From a virus (Duplodnaviria > Caudoviricetes), in IMG/VR virus record IMGVR_UViG_3300021400_000063: a DNA stretch of 64,000 nt, one strand, 5' to 3'. Made by a program: the position numbers and the translations under genes. Positions 50,156 to 59,500 of this stretch are shown here, piece after piece. Positions within the stretch are counted from its first letter, which is position 1; the number at the start of each line of letters is the position of its first letter. The notes under the pieces were generated by a model, which saw only the letters and a program-made list of their open reading frames with translations, ran no database searches and had not been told where the DNA came from.

Positions 50156-50983
50156 TTAAGATTTAAAAGAATCTAAAAATGCTAATATTTCTTTCGAAAC
50201 ATTAGCTTCATCTTTCTCTAATATAGTTTTAAATTCTTCAATATCTTCTTCATTAAAAAATTCATTTACCAATACTGCACCAAAGGTAGCTTTTTCATTT
50301 TTATTGATATTAAATCTATCATTACAATAATTATTTTTCATCTTGATTGTACAAATAATACTATTGTAATATTTAAAACTTTTCATATATTTTAAAGCAG
50401 CTGTAATTAAATACAAATTTGAAAATTTATTAAAATTATTTATTGTATTAAATTTTTCATAAATAGATTTTATATAATCAGCTTTAAAAATGAAATTATC
50501 GATAAATGGATTTAAATATTTTTTAATAATATGTCTTGTAGCGAATGGATTCAGTTTTGTATAATCCTGATCTTCCACATTTCCAAAATTATTGTAATTA
50601 TATGTAGAAAACACCGATCTATTATTTTCTTTAAAATATGATAAATTAAATAACGATACATCATAATCTAACATATTTTCAGTTAAATTAACAATTGATA
50701 CATTATCAGTTGAATCTAAAAACCAAACTAGATCCCCTGTAGATTTCTTCAAACCTTTTCGTCTAGATTCAAAAATACCTATAGGTTTTTTATTAATGAT
50801 AAATTTCCAATTATTATCTTTAAGTTCTTTATAACAATTAAAAGTTTCTGGTTTAAATTGTGTATCAGAAACTAAAATTATTTCTTTTTCACAATTTTTT
50901 ACAAAACAATCTATTGCCGAATTTAAAGAATATAATGTAATTTCAGTCGGTTCTATTATCGGAATTATTATAGAAAGTTTCAT
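50156..50983 (-). CDS. GT2-like protein with degenerate catalytic motifs
   Basis: LSIIIP, EIILVSD, GIFESRRKGLKKSTGDLVWFLDSTD; the DxD and ED motifs are altered. Confidence 0.75.
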   Translation of the reverse strand: MKLSIIIPIIEPTEITLYSLNSAIDCFVKNCEKEIILVSDTQFKPETFNCYKELKDNNWKFIINKKPIGIFESRRKGLKKSTGDLVWFLDSTDNVSIVNLTENMLDYDVSLFNLSYFKENNRSVFSTYNYNNFGNVEDQDYTKLNPFATRHIIKKYLNPFIDNFIFKADYIKSIYEKFNTINNFNKFSNLYLITAALKYMKSFKYYNSIICTIKMKNNYCNDRFNINKNEKATFGAVLVNEFFNEEDIEEFKTILEKDEANVSKEILAFLDSFKS

Positions 50984-51377
50984 TTAAATTATACTCCTTT
51001 GTACCATATTCTATATTATCTCTAATATATTTATTTATAATATCAAATTTAAAATTTTTATCAACGAATATTATAATTGGTGTTATAATACTTTCATCAG
51101 GATTTATTATATTGAAAGTATAGTTAGTTAAAATATCATGTAAATCGATTGTTATATTTTTCGGAAGTTCATAATTAATAGATAATACATCTTTTTTAAC
51201 AATAATATCTTTATTAGAATATTTTATAAATGATGATATATCTACATACTTTTGATTCGATAAGCCTAATTCAGAACAAAAGGTTCCTATACAAATATCA
51301 TACATAGATGATAATGTATAGGAACCATTAGTTTGTTCAGAATAAATAATTAATTTTGTTAATCCGTTAGAAATCAT
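50943..51377 (-). CDS. Hypothetical protein
   Basis: 144 aa between the fibre gene and the GT genes, overlapping the downstream GT start. Confidence 0.6.
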   Translation of the reverse strand: MISNGLTKLIIYSEQTNGSYTLSSMYDICIGTFCSELGLSNQKYVDISSFIKYSNKDIIVKKDVLSINYELPKNITIDLHDILTNYTFNIINPDESIITPIIIFVDKNFKFDIINKYIRDNIEYGTKEYNLNETFYNNSDNRTD

Positions 51378-51410
51378 TTATACCACAAGTACTACTATAA
51401 GGATATATAA

Positions 51411-54400
51411 TTAACCAACGCTTACAGGATTGATCAAAGGTACATCTGTTACAGTTCCAGGATCTACATTGATAGTACCTGGGGTTAAATCCACATATAC
51501 TCCACCACTAACGATGACTACAGTTGCTTCATTCCACCAATCAAAAACCTGACGTGGAGAAGCTGATGGCGCAAATTCACCTTTGTATGTATAGTCGCTT
51601 GACCTGAAGTATACAGATGTTGATTTACCACCATGTGAACAAGTAATAGTATCAGTACTATCATAACCTGTCCAGTCATATTTTACACCACCAATCAATG
51701 TGTAATGCGAAATACCATCGAACCACATTTGCTCGTCAACTGTAGTATTAACTTTTAAACCATAAATAGTAGCATGCATACTAATTCTAAAATAACAACT
51801 ACCTTGATTTCCATTTAGAGAACCTTTATTTAAAAGTGAAACGTCGGTAATAGTTCCAGCAACAGCCGTACCATTAAGATATGGCATTCCTTGTAAATAA
51901 GGATTACTATCATCATAGTATACCCATAAGTCAGTATTGGCTTTAAGTCTAAACATATTTATTCTAAAAATACCTTCATAACCATCCGGGGTAGCTATTA
52001 CATCAAGTGGTACATTGTAAATAATATATTTATCATTACTATCACATACTTTATTAATGACATAAGTATCAGATGTAGTATAAGCACCATTAGAATATTT
52101 ACCAAAAATAAATGATCCGACACTTGTCATAACAGGATAAATATCAATTGTACCACTGTCTGAAATTCCAGAATAAGTATTTTGACAAACATGACTAAAT
52201 TGTACTGAATTTAAACTATCATGTACTATTGATGCGGTAAATGCTGTACCAGCTTGTTCACCACTAAATGTACCTGATACAGTTATCGTTCTTGTATATT
52301 TAACAGTTTTATTTACAGCATTAAAATTACTCCAGTCATAACTAGCAGTTACATCAGCAACTTGAGATTTTATAGTAGTTGAACCGTATTTCAAATATAA
52401 TGTAGCAGATGATACACTATCAGTGAATGTTGTAAGTACATAACTAACGTCTCCTGTAGCAATATCTGATGTTGCAGATTTCATAGTATACATTCCTGAT
52501 GTAGCTACTCCATTAGTAATTGCTACGAAATTAGCATATATTGTATTTTTAAACGTTGCTGTAGATCCAGTATGTTTAACTACGGAATAACTATTTGTAT
52601 TGTTAGATGTATCTGTATATATCAACATTACAATACCATCGCAGTAATATTTTACATAGCGTTTAATTCTAGATCCAGTTCCTATAACAACTGGACTTAA
52701 AGTGTCATATTCTACAGATCCTGTTACAGCAGGTAATGATCTGCTTCCACTCTTATAATCAGTAGTAATTTCAACACCGTTACTCATACATTTTATAGTT
52801 GGTGAGTATGATCTTGTAATTGTATTGGTATCATCTGGAGCTAACATATACAGTGTATGTGTAATAGGAACACTACTAGAATATTTAGTAAGTTGTTTTG
52901 TTACAGATCCATATGTATAACTACCAGTTAATAAAAGATATGCTGTTTGTGATTCATTAGTATAAGTATTAACTATATCAGATTCAGTTATTGTACAATC
53001 TACAATTATATGGTTAGATCGAGTATTATTATAAGTTGTTGTAGTTATACTTCCTGCAGAATATGTTTTAAATGCTGCAGTTGAAGAACCATAAAATTGT
53101 TTTGAACTGTTAGAAATATTTTTCCAAGTATATGATATTGGAGCTAAAACACTATCAGTTAATAATGTGTATTCTATAGAATTAGATGTAGGTCTATAAG
53201 TAACATTTCTAGTCCATGTAGTATAATGATTACCATTTTCAGCTTTATCAACTGTATTATTTACGTTATAAGTTACTGAAGCCGGTTGATTTGTATCAAT
53301 TGTAACTGTATCAATATTGTAATTTGATGTAGTTTCTACGCCATTTGAAATAGTTTTGAAAACTGGTGTAAATACTCTCTTTACTGTAGCAGTTCCAGAA
53401 GTTGTAATATCATATAAACTATGAGTTACTTCAGCAGATTTAGAAATTGATAATGTTACAGTTGAAGTTCCATATGTATATCCAAAACTTAAAGTTCTTG
53501 TACAAGTTGCAGATGTACCATTATATGTAACTCCACTATTAGAATATGTACCAATAGCACTTGTAACGGAAATATGATCAGTCTTAGCAACATCATAAGT
53601 TATATTTGTTTCAGAACCATTTTTATACGTTTTAAATGTTCCTGTAGATGATCCTTTAAATGTGGCTATTAATTTACCATATTCAAGTGTATCGATTCTA
53701 TAATTTATAACTGCATCAACATCTATAGTATTAACATCTACAACTACAGAATTTTTTATATAAACTACTTTTCTAGTATGAGTAGCAAGATGATTAGATC
53801 CTGAAGCTTTTGTTACAGAATCGCTTACTGTATAATATACATCAGCATTGATATTTCTATCTATTTCGATTACATCATTTTTATAAATGGAAGCAACTGA
53901 TTCTACTCCTGCACTAATTGCATAGAATACAGGTCTGAATTCACGTTTAATTGTAGCTGTAGAAGCATTAGCTTCGAGAGTATATACTGAGTGAGTTATA
54001 GGAGCATCTTTAACTATTGTTTTTCTTATAGTTACTCCACCATAACTATAATCAATATTCATAGTCTGTGAACATGTAATGTTTGATACTGATACATATA
54101 TTTCTGCATTTTTTGTATAAGTAATAGTATTTGATGTAACTGTAATATGTCTAGATTTATTAATATTGTAACTTGTTGTGGTTTCTTTTCCATTAACAAT
54201 TGTATTAAATACACCAGTTGATGAACCTTTCAATGTTGCAGTTGTATCACCAACATTAAGTGTATATATTTCATAATTTACAATTGAATCTGCGTAATCT
54301 GTATTACAAACAACATCTGTAGAACCAGACATATAATGAACATTACGTGTATGTCTAGTAATATGATTACTATCTTTAACTCCAGTAGGAGTATTAGCTA

Positions 54401-56048
54401 CAAGATATTCTACAGAACCAGTACCAATTCCATTATTAGTTGTTGTATAACTATAATTTGTACCATCTGTATTTTTAAATATAATTTTAGTATCTCGTTT
54501 AATTGTAGCTGTAGTAGCATTAGCAGCAAGTGTATATGCTGAAAAATCTGCAGATCCTGTACCATTTGTACGATCCAAGAAATATTTAGTATCACCAGAC
54601 TGAATATATATTTCTCGTAAACCATAAGCTATAGTACCATTAGTACCTTGTGCAAAGTTTGTAATATCAAGTTTATATTCTACAATACCATCTTCATATT
54701 CTTCTGGTACAGGTAAAGATATAGCAGCTCCAGTAGCATCATGTTTATATTCGAATTTATTAATATCACAAATAGCATTATTGAGAATAGGAATTCTGAA
54801 TGTTTTCTTAATTGTAGCTGTACTATCTTTAATATTTGCAATTTCAAATTCTACAATACCGTCATATGTTCTCTTAGCATTTGTAACTTCACCAGTAATA
54901 GAATTGTAAACACGTTTTGTAAGTGTACATATGTTGCCATTAATAGCATCAAGTGACCATCTGATTTCATTCTTAATAGAAACACCTACTCCACCATTGT
55001 TATAAATTTGTTTATCACCAAAAGTATCACCTTCGATGTAAGTAGTATATGTATCTGCCAAGTTAGGAATATTAGCATATAATCCTGAAGCATCAACGTG
55101 TTTATTTGCAGTAAAGTTTGTAAGTTCATTTTGTTCATGACGAGTCATGTTAACGAAATTAGAATTATTATCATTAGCTTCATCATTAAACTCTTCAAAT
55201 AAACGAGCTGATCTAATAGTAGACCAAACCATATTATAGTTATGATTAAATGGTGTATTATTTTCGTATACTACATCTGGGTTATCAGGATCAGTAGTAG
55301 GAGGATCTATATCGATAACTTTACGTTTATCAATATTAGAAAGTACAACCAAATCATCAGTACCGAGATAAGCTTTCATTACAGCATTAGAATCTTTCAT
55401 ATCATAACCATATTTATCATCTTTAGGAACATAATCATGATTTTGAAGATCTTTGTTCATTATATCTGCAATTTCAACAGGATCTCTTACAGTTAAATTC
55501 TGATCTCTTACATATGTAGGCATAGCTTCTTCATCAAAAGTTAAAAAAGCAGGACGTAATTCTGAAGAGAATTTTACTTCGGTAAGTCCTGTAACACCAC
55601 GATCATTAGAAAGAACATTTTCAGTTCTAGACCAAAGATCTACAACAGTTGTATTATCAGGACCGTTATCAAGTCTTTCAATGAGTCCTCGTTTTACACC
55701 ATAAATTTTATTATTAGCTGACCAATAATATAAATATTTTTTACCAAACATTTCTTTAGCTTCTTGTAAAGAAATTTTATTAAAATGTTCTGCTATTGAA
55801 GATTTGGTTAACCCATTAATAATTGAATCGATAGATGAATTCTTTATATCGAGCGATTTTAAATACTCTGATGTTGCTACATAGAGGTCACCAGAATTAT
55901 CTCCAATAAGAAACTTATCGGTAGCATCATCATATGCAACCATAACAATAGTAGAGTTTTTAATTTTACTCAAATCATATTTAACTTTTTCGACTTCAAG
56001 TGTTTTTAACACCTTCGATCTCTGAAGTAATTTAAGTTGTTTATTCAT
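51411..56048 (-). CDS. Long Thr/Ser-rich tail fibre-like protein with about 190-aa internal repeats
   Basis: Beta-rich repeats; SD GGAG before ATG 56048; late promoter GACA-AATTAA-TA at 56077-56088. Confidence 0.65.
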   Translation of the reverse strand: MNKQLKLLQRSKVLKTLEVEKVKYDLSKIKNSTIVMVAYDDATDKFLIGDNSGDLYVATSEYLKSLDIKNSSIDSIINGLTKSSIAEHFNKISLQEAKEMFGKKYLYYWSANNKIYGVKRGLIERLDNGPDNTTVVDLWSRTENVLSNDRGVTGLTEVKFSSELRPAFLTFDEEAMPTYVRDQNLTVRDPVEIADIMNKDLQNHDYVPKDDKYGYDMKDSNAVMKAYLGTDDLVVLSNIDKRKVIDIDPPTTDPDNPDVVYENNTPFNHNYNMVWSTIRSARLFEEFNDEANDNNSNFVNMTRHEQNELTNFTANKHVDASGLYANIPNLADTYTTYIEGDTFGDKQIYNNGGVGVSIKNEIRWSLDAINGNICTLTKRVYNSITGEVTNAKRTYDGIVEFEIANIKDSTATIKKTFRIPILNNAICDINKFEYKHDATGAAISLPVPEEYEDGIVEYKLDITNFAQGTNGTIAYGLREIYIQSGDTKYFLDRTNGTGSADFSAYTLAANATTATIKRDTKIIFKNTDGTNYSYTTTNNGIGTGSVEYLVANTPTGVKDSNHITRHTRNVHYMSGSTDVVCNTDYADSIVNYEIYTLNVGDTTATLKGSSTGVFNTIVNGKETTTSYNINKSRHITVTSNTITYTKNAEIYVSVSNITCSQTMNIDYSYGGVTIRKTIVKDAPITHSVYTLEANASTATIKREFRPVFYAISAGVESVASIYKNDVIEIDRNINADVYYTVSDSVTKASGSNHLATHTRKVVYIKNSVVVDVNTIDVDAVINYRIDTLEYGKLIATFKGSSTGTFKTYKNGSETNITYDVAKTDHISVTSAIGTYSNSGVTYNGTSATCTRTLSFGYTYGTSTVTLSISKSAEVTHSLYDITTSGTATVKRVFTPVFKTISNGVETTSNYNIDTVTIDTNQPASVTYNVNNTVDKAENGNHYTTWTRNVTYRPTSNSIEYTLLTDSVLAPISYTWKNISNSSKQFYGSSTAAFKTYSAGSITTTTYNNTRSNHIIVDCTITESDIVNTYTNESQTAYLLLTGSYTYGSVTKQLTKYSSSVPITHTLYMLAPDDTNTITRSYSPTIKCMSNGVEITTDYKSGSRSLPAVTGSVEYDTLSPVVIGTGSRIKRYVKYYCDGIVMLIYTDTSNNTNSYSVVKHTGSTATFKNTIYANFVAITNGVATSGMYTMKSATSDIATGDVSYVLTTFTDSVSSATLYLKYGSTTIKSQVADVTASYDWSNFNAVNKTVKYTRTITVSGTFSGEQAGTAFTASIVHDSLNSVQFSHVCQNTYSGISDSGTIDIYPVMTSVGSFIFGKYSNGAYTTSDTYVINKVCDSNDKYIIYNVPLDVIATPDGYEGIFRINMFRLKANTDLWVYYDDSNPYLQGMPYLNGTAVAGTITDVSLLNKGSLNGNQGSCYFRISMHATIYGLKVNTTVDEQMWFDGISHYTLIGGVKYDWTGYDSTDTITCSHGGKSTSVYFRSSDYTYKGEFAPSASPRQVFDWWNEATVVIVSGGVYVDLTPGTINVDPGTVTDVPLINPVSVG

Positions 56049-56139
56049 AATAATATACACTCCACATAGAAAATTATATTAATTTGTCAAACATTAAGTG
56101 ATAACAATATATAGATTTTATATCAAATGAGGAAAAAAA

Positions 56140-56532
56140 ATGATACCAGTAGATAAAACTTTAAAAAGAGATATGATTAATATTGGATACGATAATATTA
56201 TTGAATGTAGGATTATGACTCCCGAAATAAAGAATAATAAAGATGACAATTTATTATTAGGTATTTTTGATGATGAACGTAAATTAAGTGGTGAAACATT
56301 AGCTACTAGAAACGAAATGTTTAATTTTCTAGAAAAACGATTTGGTTGGAGATTTAATTATTGGATGGAAATTGTTCCTGATTCAGAAAATGAAATAAAA
56401 AGAATACATATAATACGACCGACAAGAATGCAAATGCAATGGGAATTTAATGGAAAATTAATATTTAAAGCCGGTAGATATGATATTTTTAAATATCCAC
56501 AATTCGGTTTCGATATCCATATTTATGATTAA
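56140..56532 (+). CDS. Hypothetical protein
   Basis: 130 aa, SD GAGGA. Confidence 0.7.
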   Translation: MIPVDKTLKRDMINIGYDNIIECRIMTPEIKNNKDDNLLLGIFDDERKLSGETLATRNEMFNFLEKRFGWRFNYWMEIVPDSENEIKRIHIIRPTRMQMQWEFNGKLIFKAGRYDIFKYPQFGFDIHIYD

Positions 56533-56534
56533 AA

Positions 56535-56569
56535 TAATAATGGAAGGGATTAATCCCTTCCATTATTAT
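56535..56569. terminator. Bidirectional terminator / hairpin
   Basis: ATAATAATGGAAGGGAT/ATCCCTTCCATTATTAT between convergent genes. Confidence 0.85.
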
Positions 56570-56595
56570 AAAAAACATTAGATTATGATTAATAA

Positions 56596-59500
56596 TTACA
56601 ACATGAAGCAAGGACGTACGCCATAATAAGCATTAGTCATCTTGTCGTGATAAGCATACCCGTAATTATCAGAATTAGAAGGCCTACACAAAGTCGATGC
56701 ATATTCGTCATTAATAGAAGTATTTGCCAACCAACAACCATATCCATTATTATCATCTGAAGGTGCATATTCATTAGTATAACCATTTCTTGTAATAACA
56801 TCACGTCTAAATATTTTTCTATTTGGTTTTTTGGTAAAATTAAATATTTCCCATTGTCGCTCACCACTATATCGTTCATTTTCGACTTGAAGGGTATATT
56901 CACCAAATATCTCATACTCTGTAGGTAAGAATACAGTCTTATTTGTAAGATGAGAAATATCAGATTTTCTTGTATAACTAACAGGAGTAATTCCAAGTCT
57001 AGATTGTAACTGTGGTAATAAAATAGTTTCCAACATATTATTAGTTATTAACTGTTCCCATGTTAAAGCTTGACCTGGTTCAGAAATTAATTTATGACGT
57101 TCTGAACTCATGAATATTAAATGACCATCACTAGTTCTTTCAACCAACACATATTTAGCAAAACCAGCAGGAAATGTTGGAGTTTCATCCGAGTTAGATC
57201 GCCAAACATATCCACCTAATTCAAAATAATCACCAACATATACTTTAGATTTTGCTCCATCTGTATCATTTAACAACATACTTGCTGCGTCAGATAATGT
57301 TTCAACACCTAAACGATCTATAATATTCATAGAATCAGTATCAACAATTATTTCATTTTTAGCATTTTTAATAATTGTATTAAAATTATAATCATTAGCA
57401 TTATTAGCATCTGTTAATATTTGATTTATAGTTCCAGATTCTGTAGAATAATCTGTTATAGCATCATCTAATAATTGTTCACCATTTTCATTAATACAAT
57501 AATAATTAATTGTATGTTGAATATTTACACTATCCGAATGTTCATCTATATTAGTAATAATATTATCCCCAGAATCAATAGTAGTAACTTCGAGACCTAA
57601 TACATCAGGTGAAATATCTGTATACTCAGGTTGAATATTTAAAGCTATACCCTGATATTTACATCCAGTAATATAACCGCTACATTTACCATTTGAATAT
57701 TTAGTAGTATTGGTAGTAGTAAATTGTGCAGTAAATTGTGTTTCATTGTTAGCAATGACACCTGAATTAGCAAGAACTGTAAATTTAAATTGTTTATTAG
57801 CAAAATCTATAGAATTTTCAACATATTGTAATATTAAACCAGAACCTATGATTTCACGTTCATTTTTAAAACCTATTAAAGTTCCATTTAAATATGTTTT
57901 AGTAGACACATTTAAATAAACATAATCATTTTCAATATCGATTATTGGTAAACTTTTTGTAGTATAAACAACTGGTTCACTATTAGAATCTAATAAATAA
58001 TTTCCAAATTCTTCAAACAATACAATAAAATTCATTTTACTTATCTGATAAGGAATATCGTAATATTCACCTAATTCAGAATCATAATCTGAAATTACAC
58101 CAATATCTTTATCCCATTTATCAGGATCATTACCTAACAAAGCTTCTATAGATTCTTGGTTTCTTGTAAAGCGAGCATTTTTATCAATAAAGAATTTTAC
58201 AGTTAAAGGTTTTTTACTGATTCCATTTTCACTTATAATGTGTAATCCATTTATCAATACTTGTAAACCATTACACATAATACTTCCGATACACTTAATA
58301 TCTTCATCCATAGGTAAACCTTTAGAAGCAAGATATTCTGCAATAACTGGAAGATTATCTTTTTCATTATTTACATAAATACGAATTTTCTGAAGTGAAG
58401 CAGGACCATTACCAGATGTATCATTAAGATTATCACTAAATTCAGTCTTTTTATGATATCCTAAATTGTATATACCACCTTTAGCTACAATTTGTGGGCC
58501 ATAAGCAGTTTCTACATCAGTTCTTCTCTGACCAAATTTACCAGCGATTTGTAAATTACCAATATTAGGATTATATCTTGTATTAACTTGTAATTTTTCA
58601 GTTTCTGGAACAAATTCATAAACGTTTCCATTATCTTGATCTGTGAAGAAATAAGTTCCATCTGTAGTATCAATGATAGAAACAATAGGGAATTCATTAT
58701 CGTTAATTACATAGAAATCATCACCATTATAACGTAAAGTTACATATTTATTATTAGAATGACCAGTAATAAATAAACCATTCTGTGTAATACAACAATC
58801 TACAATCTTAACTTCATTACAATTTAAATCTGCAAAATAACGATTATCATCGATTGAAATTGCTTTATTATCATTAGTTGGAATAGCTATGAGTCGTTTG
58901 AAACTCCAATATTCTACAGCTGAAAGTCCGTAATAACGATAATTACGAACGCTCATGAAAATACCAAATGGTGTATCCCACATACGATAAATATATTTAC
59001 CTACGCCAGGATTAATAGTAATTACTTTTCCACCACCTGTTGGAGTAAAATAAGCCCAACCTGTATTATATTCATCAGAATTTGTATCATACTGATTAGA
59101 TCTACGAGTTGTTCCTTCTACAGCTCCACTGTCTTCAGCAGATACATAATCGTACCATCTGAAAAGACCAACACGAGTATTTAAAGCTTTATTATAATAA
59201 CGAATACCATTACCTGTAAATGTATCTAATACGATATCACCAGATTTTTTAACTACATAATGAAGATCATTATGTTCATTAGGATTTAAACCAGATTCAA
59301 CCGATGAATCCCATGCAAGAGCACCAAATCTAGTATGTGATAATCTATCAATAGAAATATTTGAATCGATCTTACCAACAAGTCCATCGTCAAATGTAAC
59401 AGTATCAATTAAAGATTTAGATTTCATAGAATCGTAAATAAATTGAGCTGTTTCATAAGCCGTTGTAGCTTTATCAAGATTTATCTTAGCTGTAGCAGTA

